Below, one piece after another: positions 50,689 through 59,766 of a DNA stretch of 64,000 nt. Each line of letters begins with the position of its first letter. Within the stretch, counting starts at the first letter, position 1. The notes under the pieces were generated by a model. That model searched no databases, had not been told where the DNA came from, and saw nothing but the letters and a program-made list of their open reading frames with translations. Origin of the DNA: a virus (Duplodnaviria; Caudoviricetes); IMG/VR virus record IMGVR_UViG_3300013121_000018, positions 43,582-107,581 of that record, one strand, 5' to 3'. Made by a program: the position numbers and the translations under genes.

Positions 50689-53600
50689 TTATCTTATACT
50701 ATTATTTGTAGAAGTATTTGTAAAATAAATAAGTTTTTTAACTGTTTCTTCTGGTTTGAAATACAGTCTGGTTTTAAACCATTTGTCTTTTAAAGGTCTT
50801 AAATTCCTCTGTGCTCTGGTGTAATCAATATTATCATCATTTGATACAATATCAATATAACCTTGACCATCTTCATATTCAGATTGAATTAAATTCCAAT
50901 CAGAAGAAACAACTGGTTGTTGTACAGACATATCCCATATTTGACCAATCTTATAATTCTTATCGGTTCTTGTTACATTTTTTGCTGTAGCAGAATATGT
51001 AAGATTACCATAAGGATTTTTATCTTGAAGTATTAAATTCAAATCTTGAATACCTGTGGATTGATATTGATTATATACAAGCATTCTATTAAAGGTTACA
51101 TCACGATTTTCAATCCATTGGTCAGAATCAGAATCTAAACTTAAAGTTTGTCCATAATAATGTACATTTCTTAAATCTTGTGTTGCAGGATTGTTTGAAA
51201 CATACTCGATAATAAAATCATATTTTCTATCATAGAATGTCTGATAATTACCATCGTGTAAATGTTTCCAACATTCATTGTCTACACATGAGTAAAAGCT
51301 GTGTGTATCATACATCATGAATTGTGGTTGATATGAATGCCAACTTACCCAAGATTGGGTTTCATAGCTGTATGATAATGTCCAAGACTTATTTATAAAT
51401 AAATCTTTATTAGTAATATCAACAAAATAAGAACTTCCAAATCCAGTTACTTTCCATTTACCATTATTAATATTAACTTGTAAACCGAATGTAAAATCAT
51501 CATCAGATTCTACAACTCCTGTAAATAAGAGTTTAGCATCCTTTGTTAAATCATAATCTGATTTATGTACAAGTAATCTATCATATAATGGATCATATGA
51601 TAACTGCATTCCTACACCAGCAATTGTGGATTTAAATGCAAGCTTTTCACTATAAGCATTGTAAATGGTTTCATTAATGGCAAAACCCATATTGTCTATA
51701 AACCAGTATTCTAGTTCACCACTAAGACTTTTAATACCATCACCAAATTCATGCAATTGTCCATTTAGAACATCGGCCCAGACATAACCGTATTTTGTAT
51801 TTATAGTTGCAAGTTTGTCTTGCAGTCCACCATAACCAATATCAGATTGTACAATTTCTTGTGGTGGTATTGCTAAGAAATCACCAGTAGTAATATATGC
51901 AAGATTCTGGTCTGTTGCTATTTGTTGTGGATTAGGTTGTAGTATAAAAGAACCTTCTTCACAGTTAACAACTAATTGATTACGCTTGTATTTAAGACCG
52001 AGTATCTGTCCTTTATTCGCAGATACATCTTTATAGTCTTCAGATAAAGTTACTCTATATGTATCTGTAAGTTCCTCGTCAAATGATTGAGGACTGTATA
52101 TAATTCTTGTAGTTCTGTAATTCTTACATTGTCCACAGTAATTATATGTTTGAGGAATTGGTACATAAGTATAATCAAAGTTCAACCTTGAATAATCTTT
52201 ATTGTAACCATAAAACTCTTTACATGGAGTTGTTCTTTGTTCAAAAGCACCACTTACAAGAGTGGTAATCTGTGAATAAGCATAATCATTGATATTATCA
52301 AAATCATTATTTTCGGGAATAAAATATTTACTACATTCATCAGTTCCAGAATGTCTTAGTGCAGAATTGATTTCTGATTCAAACCATAAGTCTGAAGCAT
52401 AGTTTACTTCAGCATCTCTTAAATCAACAGGGTATCTTACCAAATCATAGTATCCTAAATTAGATACATATGTATCACCTATATACAAATCATCAGAAGT
52501 AGTTTCCTCTTGTATAGGGCTTCCATGATAATAGATTAAGTTTTCAAGAGAACTGTAACAGTTATTATTTACTTTCTTATTAAGAACATAATAAAAATAC
52601 CAAGTATCTTCAGACGGAACTTCTATATCGTGTGTTGTTTTATAGAAGTTGTAATTGTTACTGTGTGAAGTATTTACAACCGGTTCTGTAAACAATGTAC
52701 TTGTTGGCTGTATACTGTAACTATTTACATATATACTTCCAACGTATTCCCTATTATTTATATCTACAGTAGTATAATTCTTTTCAGAAAGGCTTTGTGA
52801 TGTTACATCATAATCATCTGGATACGAAGTTATTTGTTCACCTAAATAATCAAAGTTTGTATTATTAATAAACTTAAAATAACTGCCATTCAGGTAATCC
52901 TGATTGAATTGTGTTCTTGGTGAAAAGAATATCCAGTTTTTAGAATCAGGTTGGGCAACACTTGAATAAGAGTTTCTACCTGTAGCATAAGACTTGTTGA
53001 TAAGACCTATACCATTAAACCATCTTCTGTTACCAATAAATCCATCTTCAACATCTCTTGCAGGATAAAGTACACCTGAATCGAGAACTGTTTTGTTGAA
53101 GTCATCTCTTTTTACATTTACAATGTAGTATCCAATAATGTCATCATCGGGAAATTGAACATTGAAAAACTTCAATCCTAAAATTGTAAAATCATTTTCA
53201 TCATCAAGTTCGATTATTTTCCTATCAGGAAATCTATGATGACGAATAGGAGTTCCTGCTAAATCACCATAAACAGCAACACCAGTACAATCTACAGTAT
53301 CAGGATAAACCTCTTCTGTTTCATAGTATGCCATGTGGTATTGATTACCAGAGATAATATTTCCTGTATTAAATACTTTCCATCTTTCAACAGTATCACC
53401 TACCATTAATCCTAGATGTGCAGTATCTCTATAATCAACTTCTGTTGCAGAGTCTGTTACAAGACCAATATCAACTACAGTTAATAGTTGATCATCAACG
53501 CTTGTTTTTTGTCTTCCAGGAACATGAAATGCAGGAGAAACTGTACCGTCATTGTATGCAAATACAATTCCTTTAGCATAAACTTCATCTTCCATGTGGG

Positions 53601-54741
53601 ATACATTCTCCCATAATACAGTAGAATTCTTTGGATTACCTGAATCTAGAATATCTTTTTTATCAATACTTTTAACAACGCAAGCTGTTAAAATTTCATT
53701 TACGATTCTTTGGTATCCTGTGTAATCTCTTTCTTTAAGTTTTACATTAGCTCTTACAAGTCTGTTTTGAACTTGTGTAATTACTTGAGAACTATTATAA
53801 GAGAATACAGGAATTAACAGACTGGAGTAGTCTATTGGTGTGTCACCAGCATTGGGATTATAACCCTGATATGTAAAATTGATTGTATCAGAACCAATTG
53901 GAATTAATTGTCCAACTGAATGTGCATCAACAGTAAAACCATCTCCGGTAATTGCACGTATAATATTTACACGAATGTACTTGAAAGATGTATCAATATT
54001 TGTAAACTGATAACTAATTGATTTATTAGTTACAGGTTGTCCACCAAATTCAGGTACAAACTTATCTATATTTAGACCGCCATCAATTTGATTGTAGGCT
54101 AAAGTTGTAGAATCGTCGTAAATTATTGTTTCAGGAGAAATGTAGCTCTTATACACAACGTTAAGACCTTCGTCAAGAATTTCTATTTGTGCATAGTATC
54201 CACCTAAAGGTAAGAATCCACCAGAATCGTTTACAGACACAATGTTAATTTGTGGTGTAATTACATCTGGTGTAAGTTTGAATTTGTTTAAATCCCAGTT
54301 ACCAAGTTCATCTTGGAATAATTCAGGTCTATCAACGTTGAAGAATCTGTCTTCATTGTTTCCATCAACCCAATAAATTATTCTTTCACATCCATTCTTA
54401 ATTCTAAATGTAACAAGAATAGGATGTAGTTTACTAAAACCAAAATTGGCATTTACAAGTTCTGTATATTGACAATTCTTTAGTAAACCTATTTCAGATG
54501 AATCTTCATCTGTTGAGAATACAAACAATTCATTATCGGTTCCGTAACCAGAACCAATTACTTTATAATCTTCTTTTAATGTAAGACACAACTCATTTCC
54601 AGGTTCTGATTGATAATGGAAAATATCCCCCTTGTGGGAAGACCGTATTCCATTTAAAGTAAAAGTAATAGATTCTTCTGGCTGTGCTACAGGAGAAAAA
54701 TTCTTACTTAAACCTTTTGAGAATTGAGAAACTTTGTTCAT
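50689..54741 (-). CDS. Tail muzzle/stabilisation protein
   Basis: 1350 aa; crAss-like IRHHRFP, GDTYV, ES.IN..LRH, SWTLSYS...W.SWHSY.P. Confidence 0.85.
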   Translation of the reverse strand: MNKVSQFSKGLSKNFSPVAQPEESITFTLNGIRSSHKGDIFHYQSEPGNELCLTLKEDYKVIGSGYGTDNELFVFSTDEDSSEIGLLKNCQYTELVNANFGFSKLHPILVTFRIKNGCERIIYWVDGNNEDRFFNVDRPELFQDELGNWDLNKFKLTPDVITPQINIVSVNDSGGFLPLGGYYAQIEILDEGLNVVYKSYISPETIIYDDSTTLAYNQIDGGLNIDKFVPEFGGQPVTNKSISYQFTNIDTSFKYIRVNIIRAITGDGFTVDAHSVGQLIPIGSDTINFTYQGYNPNAGDTPIDYSSLLIPVFSYNSSQVITQVQNRLVRANVKLKERDYTGYQRIVNEILTACVVKSIDKKDILDSGNPKNSTVLWENVSHMEDEVYAKGIVFAYNDGTVSPAFHVPGRQKTSVDDQLLTVVDIGLVTDSATEVDYRDTAHLGLMVGDTVERWKVFNTGNIISGNQYHMAYYETEEVYPDTVDCTGVAVYGDLAGTPIRHHRFPDRKIIELDDENDFTILGLKFFNVQFPDDDIIGYYIVNVKRDDFNKTVLDSGVLYPARDVEDGFIGNRRWFNGIGLINKSYATGRNSYSSVAQPDSKNWIFFSPRTQFNQDYLNGSYFKFINNTNFDYLGEQITSYPDDYDVTSQSLSEKNYTTVDINNREYVGSIYVNSYSIQPTSTLFTEPVVNTSHSNNYNFYKTTHDIEVPSEDTWYFYYVLNKKVNNNCYSSLENLIYYHGSPIQEETTSDDLYIGDTYVSNLGYYDLVRYPVDLRDAEVNYASDLWFESEINSALRHSGTDECSKYFIPENNDFDNINDYAYSQITTLVSGAFEQRTTPCKEFYGYNKDYSRLNFDYTYVPIPQTYNYCGQCKNYRTTRIIYSPQSFDEELTDTYRVTLSEDYKDVSANKGQILGLKYKRNQLVVNCEEGSFILQPNPQQIATDQNLAYITTGDFLAIPPQEIVQSDIGYGGLQDKLATINTKYGYVWADVLNGQLHEFGDGIKSLSGELEYWFIDNMGFAINETIYNAYSEKLAFKSTIAGVGMQLSYDPLYDRLLVHKSDYDLTKDAKLLFTGVVESDDDFTFGLQVNINNGKWKVTGFGSSYFVDITNKDLFINKSWTLSYSYETQSWVSWHSYQPQFMMYDTHSFYSCVDNECWKHLHDGNYQTFYDRKYDFIIEYVSNNPATQDLRNVHYYGQTLSLDSDSDQWIENRDVTFNRMLVYNQYQSTGIQDLNLILQDKNPYGNLTYSATAKNVTRTDKNYKIGQIWDMSVQQPVVSSDWNLIQSEYEDGQGYIDIVSNDDNIDYTRAQRNLRPLKDKWFKTRLYFKPEETVKKLIYFTNTSTNNSIR

Positions 54742-54743
54742 AA

Positions 54744-55562
54744 TTAAATTCCAATTTTTCTGTATATTCTAGGGTTCCTTAAAAACCTTTGATGATAAGT
54801 TTGCGTGAATGCAATCTCAGAAATAAAGTTGTGGTCTAAACCTCTGAGTATTCTTGCACCTTTGGCAGAGGCTAAAGCAATTTCTGCTTGTCTTAGATAT
54901 TGTAAATACTTTGTATTACTTTCTTGCAAGTCTCTGTTTTCAAGAGTATTTGCAATTGCATATGTTCTAAGGAAACGTTTTACTCTAGGGTCATCAACAA
55001 TTAATATTCTGTCATTTTCTTCCATACGAGCAGTATACTCAATACAAAGAAAACCTTCTTGAATAGAAGTCCACAGAACTTTATTTTTATCTACAGAGAA
55101 TGTTTCATTACAATCGTGACAAAATCTATTTCTACATTTTCCACATATAACATCTTTTCCTACAGTTCCGACATACTTCAAAGGTTTGAAATTCTTTTGG
55201 TACATTGCAGAATCAAGAAAGATTTTATAGTTTATTGTGTAGTTACAAATTTCATTTGAACGAGTTTCAAATGGTAATGCTTCAGGAGCAGAAGAACAGG
55301 AACTAAGAAAACTATCACAGTCACATTGTTCTGGTTCAGTTGCCATGTATGTAACATAATCAATTTCTAAAACTTCATCTGGAAGCTCAACCTTGTTATT
55401 TTCAATTTCATAAAACGCTATCTTAGTTTCATGTTGTTCAGGTAATCCTAATAAGTCATACCCTTCCAGTGCCACAGAGATTAAAGCAGTATCTCCAACT
55501 TCATTCCTAATAGTTTCACTTATATTGTTTAATATGGATTCTATTGGTACATATCTTGTCAT
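54744..55562 (-). CDS. Tail ring/tubular protein
   Basis: Synteny; EIEN.K..LP..., S..EG.L.IEY. Confidence 0.7.
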   Translation of the reverse strand: MTRYVPIESILNNISETIRNEVGDTALISVALEGYDLLGLPEQHETKIAFYEIENNKVELPDEVLEIDYVTYMATEPEQCDCDSFLSSCSSAPEALPFETRSNEICNYTINYKIFLDSAMYQKNFKPLKYVGTVGKDVICGKCRNRFCHDCNETFSVDKNKVLWTSIQEGFLCIEYTARMEENDRILIVDDPRVKRFLRTYAIANTLENRDLQESNTKYLQYLRQAEIALASAKGARILRGLDHNFISEIAFTQTYHQRFLRNPRIYRKIGI

Positions 55563-56077
55563 GTTCTATTATATGTTTGATAGTTATTTATCCTTGTAGG
55601 ATCTTCATTTAAATGTTTTCCTATTTTTAACAATGCTTTCTTTGAAGGTAGAAAATTCCACCATCCAAGTTCAGGTAATTGTATACACACCTTTTTTCCT
55701 CGTTTCCATTTTAATGTTGGAGAATATCTATTAGTGTGAATATTCTTTTCATTAGAATGTCTTCCAGTTGTTTTATAGGAAGGCCAATTGATGTTATTCT
55801 TTACACTCCTTTTATATTTGTATATAATCAAATCTCCTATTCGTCCTGGCATTTTGTATCTGCCACCCCACATCAAATATTCAAGTAGTAGTTCAAAGAA
55901 GGTATGAAGTATAAGTTTGTAAGTTTTAAAATCTACTGCAAACTTATCGTCAGAAACATCTTCAGCTTTCACATAAGGTACAGGAATAGTTTTGGACATT
56001 CCTGGAACAAAATCATCTGGATTTTTCTTATGAGGATAGTGTTGATAAAAATCTACAAGTGTTGTTGTTTTTTTCAT
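55559..56077 (-). CDS. IHF/HU-like protein
   Basis: YKMPGRIG.L.I.K..INW, N.HT..Y, between ring genes as in crAss-like phages. Confidence 0.65.
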   Translation of the reverse strand: MKKTTTLVDFYQHYPHKKNPDDFVPGMSKTIPVPYVKAEDVSDDKFAVDFKTYKLILHTFFELLLEYLMWGGRYKMPGRIGDLIIYKYKRSVKNNINWPSYKTTGRHSNEKNIHTNRYSPTLKWKRGKKVCIQLPELGWWNFLPSKKALLKIGKHLNEDPTRINNYQTYNRT

Positions 56078-56742
56078 ACATTCAAGTTTTCTTCAACTGA
56101 TTGAAGATCTTGTTCTGTTAGTTTTAAAGGTATTCTAAGCAATTCTAAGGCTAGATTAAAAATAGTAAGGCGTAACCCTGTCGGCATTGGTAATTCAATC
56201 TCAGAGGCACTTATACAGCCTGTAGACGAATTACACAGTTGTATTCCGACCCATTGCATAGGATCATACCACAATCCTCTTAATTGAATAGCAGATTTAA
56301 TTTTTGTGTTCCAGAGAATAATATAATTATTGACAATTGAATAGAACGGTTTACGTTTTCTGTAATCGTCGTATTGAATTATTTCTACATCCTGTTCAGG
56401 AATGTAGTCTATAATTTTATTATCCATTGTCATTACATCCATGTAATCTCTGATTTTACCTGAGATTGCTTCTGGTACTTTATATGTAGTAATGTATGCC
56501 TTACAGGTTAAACCTTCTGGAATACAATCTCCACAGCTATGTATATCACCCTCAACAAGTTCCATACAGAACTTTTGCCAAGAGTATCTTCCTACGTTCT
56601 TAAATTCATCAAGTTTCTTTGACATTATTTGTGCTCTTGCATCAAGCAATACTGTGTATAGAAACTCTCTTTCAAAAATCAAATTGTTATCAAAATCTCG
56701 AAGAAGACTTTGTAACAAACTTATATTTTTACTTACTGTCAT
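56074..56742 (-). CDS. Tail ring/connector protein
   Basis: Synteny; RA.I..K, Q..C.EL, Y.I.NNYI, .RGL..DP. Confidence 0.7.
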   Translation of the reverse strand: MTVSKNISLLQSLLRDFDNNLIFEREFLYTVLLDARAQIMSKKLDEFKNVGRYSWQKFCMELVEGDIHSCGDCIPEGLTCKAYITTYKVPEAISGKIRDYMDVMTMDNKIIDYIPEQDVEIIQYDDYRKRKPFYSIVNNYIILWNTKIKSAIQLRGLWYDPMQWVGIQLCNSSTGCISASEIELPMPTGLRLTIFNLALELLRIPLKLTEQDLQSVEENLNV

Positions 56743-57449
56743 TAGTTTAAGTTTATATTATGATGTTTATATCCATTTATTCTTTTTAGTTGTATATTGG
56801 AAAGGTGTTTAATCTTTTCTAGTTTTTTAGAAACATCTTTATGTCTATAAACCCATAAAAATCCATATGCCTGAACAGATCTACCTGTAGCTGAATTACT
56901 AATAGAAGAATTTGAATAATTATATTGTTTACTTATTTCTTTCATTGAACACCATTCTTTAATAAAGAATCCTTCTAAAGAGTATTGGTATATTTTTTTA
57001 TAAGTATATTTTCTATTTTTTGTATTAGTACCTTTTTTGTGTTTTCTACCAATATTAGATTGTCTTAATTTTTCTAAATGTTCTGGTGTAATTTTTATTT
57101 TTTTACGGGCTTCACTAATACGTTTTTTTGTTTCATCCGAACGTTTCATCCCTATAACATAACACCCGTCACCTCCGATAGTTAAATTATATCCTATTTT
57201 TGGATTGTTAGAATTGTATAATCTGATGTAATGTTTTTCTAATTCGTTAGTTAAATTTAAAGAAAAATTCCCTTCTACAATTATCTCTTTAGCGAAGTTA
57301 GAAATTCCATATTTTTTAATAGCACGTTTTATAAAAACTCCTCCTCCCCAATATCTGTAAAAAGTATTTGTTTTTCTACGAAATTTTCCAATATATACTT
57401 TACCATTTAATAAATTAGTAATTTTATAAATAATTGCTTTATACTCCAT
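56742..57449 (-). CDS. Free-standing GIY-YIG homing endonuclease (NUMOD3/NUMOD1)
   Basis: IIYKITNLLNGKVYIG, Y.GGG, GYNLT.GGDG, SDETKKRISEA, AYGFLW. Confidence 0.9.
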   Translation of the reverse strand: MEYKAIIYKITNLLNGKVYIGKFRRKTNTFYRYWGGGVFIKRAIKKYGISNFAKEIIVEGNFSLNLTNELEKHYIRLYNSNNPKIGYNLTIGGDGCYVIGMKRSDETKKRISEARKKIKITPEHLEKLRQSNIGRKHKKGTNTKNRKYTYKKIYQYSLEGFFIKEWCSMKEISKQYNYSNSSISNSATGRSVQAYGFLWVYRHKDVSKKLEKIKHLSNIQLKRINGYKHHNINLN

Positions 57450-57450
57450 A

Positions 57451-57597
57451 TTAATTCAGGTGAATTAAGCCGATTAATTCATTAACTTCGTTTGCAGTTA
57501 TTCTAAACAAATATGTGCTACTTAGAACATAAACTGTTCCAAATAGCACATAAGGTTCTGTATGAACTACACGTTTATCTGAGAATGGTAACACCAT
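57451..57597 (-). CDS. Small hypothetical protein (48 aa)
   Basis: MVLPFSDKRVVHTEPY...; fills the gap exactly. Confidence 0.4.
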   Translation of the reverse strand: MVLPFSDKRVVHTEPYVLFGTVYVLSSTYLFRITANEVNELIGLIHLN

Positions 57598-57599
57598 AC

Positions 57600-58367
57600 T
57601 TAGTTTAATATTAGATTAACTTCATTTTCCAAATAGTTTATTGGAAATAATTCATAACCATCATTTTTGTGATTAAACCATACAATTATCATTTTATTAA
57701 TTTTAACATCTGTATTTTTTTCAATCAGATATTTATATATTGATAATTGAAGACTATATTTATTTATTTCACATTGACTAAGATGTGTCAATGGTTTTTT
57801 AAAGTTTTGATATTTATTATGAACAGATATTTTTTTGTCTGTTTTAAAATCCAAAAGAACAAATTCATTTTCAACCGGATCATAGAATAATGCATCACAT
57901 TGTCCCGCAACACCTAATTCCGAATCACCAAGAACTGCTTCTAATTTAACAGGAACCAAGTAACTAAAATCTTCTGCAAAGCTGTTACCAAATTCCTTTA
58001 ATCTTTCAAAGGATTTGTGGAATGTAATAAACTCATGACTCGGTAATGAATGAACAAACTTTGGATATTCTATTGGAAATTCTTTTCCTGACAAAAGATT
58101 CTCAAGATATTTATGTAACATAGAACCTCTAGTGGTTCCTATAACAGCATCTTTTGTCCATTGTTCATCTAATGTCTCTGGTTCTGTTCCGTATTCTTTT
58201 GCTTTCTTTTTCAGCCAGAAGTCTTTCTGAAACTGTTGTTGATATTTCTTTATCAATGTTGTACAACTAATAAGTTCTTGTCCAGTAGTTGTATCTATGT
58301 ATTTATGTTCATCATCAAAATATCGAATATGTTTGAAAGCATTATTTAATTGTACTAATTCTTGCAT
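57600..58367 (-). CDS. PD-(D/E)XK exonuclease (Cas4/lambda-exo-like)
   Basis: H.Y, SCTT, GS.LH..LE, E, AG.CD, DFKT, Y.LQL..Y. Confidence 0.85.
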   Translation of the reverse strand: MQELVQLNNAFKHIRYFDDEHKYIDTTTGQELISCTTLIKKYQQQFQKDFWLKKKAKEYGTEPETLDEQWTKDAVIGTTRGSMLHKYLENLLSGKEFPIEYPKFVHSLPSHEFITFHKSFERLKEFGNSFAEDFSYLVPVKLEAVLGDSELGVAGQCDALFYDPVENEFVLLDFKTDKKISVHNKYQNFKKPLTHLSQCEINKYSLQLSIYKYLIEKNTDVKINKMIIVWFNHKNDGYELFPINYLENEVNLILN

Positions 58368-58675
58368 CTTATTTTATTCTGTTCAAGTAATGTTTTTATA
58401 TTGCTTAAATAATCTATTTCAGTTCCGAATAAAGATGTCGTTAACCATGTCCATTCTTCTCCATCTGGATATTTTTCTGTATAAAATTTTTCTTTAAAAT
58501 TAGGAACAATTTTATTTGACCATATATAAAAATCTTCTAAGTGCGTTTCTAATAATTGACTAGGAGACTTTCCAAAATCTATTATAGAGTATCCTCCCGT
58601 ATGTTTTGTTTGAACTTGATATTCAAATCCGGCAATAAATTCATCTAAATTTGGTATTCTAAACTCTTCTTTCAT
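58355..58675 (-). CDS. Hypothetical protein
   Basis: P.LDEF..GFEY pattern. Confidence 0.65.
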   Translation of the reverse strand: MKEEFRIPNLDEFIAGFEYQVQTKHTGGYSIIDFGKSPSQLLETHLEDFYIWSNKIVPNFKEKFYTEKYPDGEEWTWLTTSLFGTEIDYLSNIKTLLEQNKIRCKN

Positions 58676-59613
58676 TACACCGGTATTGATCTTGTAAGAT
58701 TTGCTTTTCTGTTAATTGATAATTTTGAACGTCCGATTGAACCACAAGAGTTACATCTGAATGCACTATATGTACTGGCATAAGAAACATATTTTCCTTC
58801 AAAAGAAATATCTGTAGAAGTACAGCATGGACAACATTCGACATCATCTTCAATATATAATCCAAGATTTGGATGTGGTTGAATATAAGGACGCATTGCT
58901 AAATAAACATCTTCTAGAATCTTAACATCATTAATGTTATAAATCATCATTTCGTTCAATGCCGCATTGTTTCCATTTAAACATCTTACCCATAAATCAA
59001 AATCAGTTTCTATTTTTTGTCCTACACCTAAATATTGTGCAATATAATCTAATTTGTTTGAAGGAAGATTGAAGTGCTTTGAAGCTGCTGTTTTAGTATC
59101 AATGATTTTATATGGCATTGGTGGCTTAATATTCATCTTCAAAAATCTTCCATTTAAAATAGGAACATCAAATTGTCTGCCATTGTGAGCAATAACAATG
59201 TCTGCTTCATTCAAGAGATTCCACAGTTCATGTAAAAGTCTTGAATCATCTTCTTCTTGTACTTCTTTTGAAGTTAATTTACCTGCAATAACAGTATCGT
59301 CAAAAAGCCATTTTGCAGCATAGGTGAGAAGAAACCATTCTGATTGTAATTGTCCATTTAAAGGATGGACATTCTGTTTCCAAAGTCTCCAAACATATGC
59401 TCTAAGCGGTGCTGTTTCCAAATCGAAAACTAAAATCTTTGGTTTGTTTGATGGTAATGGTTTCGCTTGTAGATTCTTCTTTTGATAACGCCTCCATCTT
59501 TTTTTTGCAGCGTTACCTGTGATTCCGTAGAGTTGACCGACTTGTTCCCAAGTACCAAGGTCTTTGATGTTTGTAGCATTCCTGTCAAGGAAATGCTTAA
59601 CGATTACATCCAT
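58675..59613 (-). CDS. RNase H-fold 3'-5' exonuclease (DEDDy) with N-terminal HTH and C-terminal zinc ribbon
   Basis: FDLET, HNG..FD, IDT, NKLDY, YN..DV, CPCC..CNSC. Confidence 0.88.
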   Translation of the reverse strand: MDVIVKHFLDRNATNIKDLGTWEQVGQLYGITGNAAKKRWRRYQKKNLQAKPLPSNKPKILVFDLETAPLRAYVWRLWKQNVHPLNGQLQSEWFLLTYAAKWLFDDTVIAGKLTSKEVQEEDDSRLLHELWNLLNEADIVIAHNGRQFDVPILNGRFLKMNIKPPMPYKIIDTKTAASKHFNLPSNKLDYIAQYLGVGQKIETDFDLWVRCLNGNNAALNEMMIYNINDVKILEDVYLAMRPYIQPHPNLGLYIEDDVECCPCCTSTDISFEGKYVSYASTYSAFRCNSCGSIGRSKLSINRKANLTRSIPV

Positions 59614-59649
59614 TTTCTAATTTTTAGATTAATTAATTTATTTAAGGTG

Positions 59650-59657
59650 CAAATATA
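59650..59657 (-). promoter_or_regulatory. Bacteroidota-type -7 promoter element
   Basis: Minus strand TATATTTG(C) matches TAnnTTTG, 36 nt upstream of ATG 59613 and just after a terminator. Confidence 0.65.
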
Positions 59658-59708
59658 CAACAAAAAACCTATTTATCCTAACTTTATCCAAAATAAATCC
59701 GATTTATA

Positions 59709-59746
59709 CAAAAAAAGGGCAGTTGAATTTCTCCAACCACCCCTTT
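59709..59746 (-). terminator. Intrinsic terminator
   Basis: Minus strand GGGTGGTTG-GAGAAATT-CAACTGCCC followed by a T-run. Confidence 0.75.
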
Positions 59747-59766
59747 ATAATCCCATGAACATATCT

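Noticed and set aside
57600-58367. Cas4 of a CRISPR system
   Set aside because: No other cas genes or array, and no four-Cys Fe-S pattern; a stand-alone phage exonuclease.
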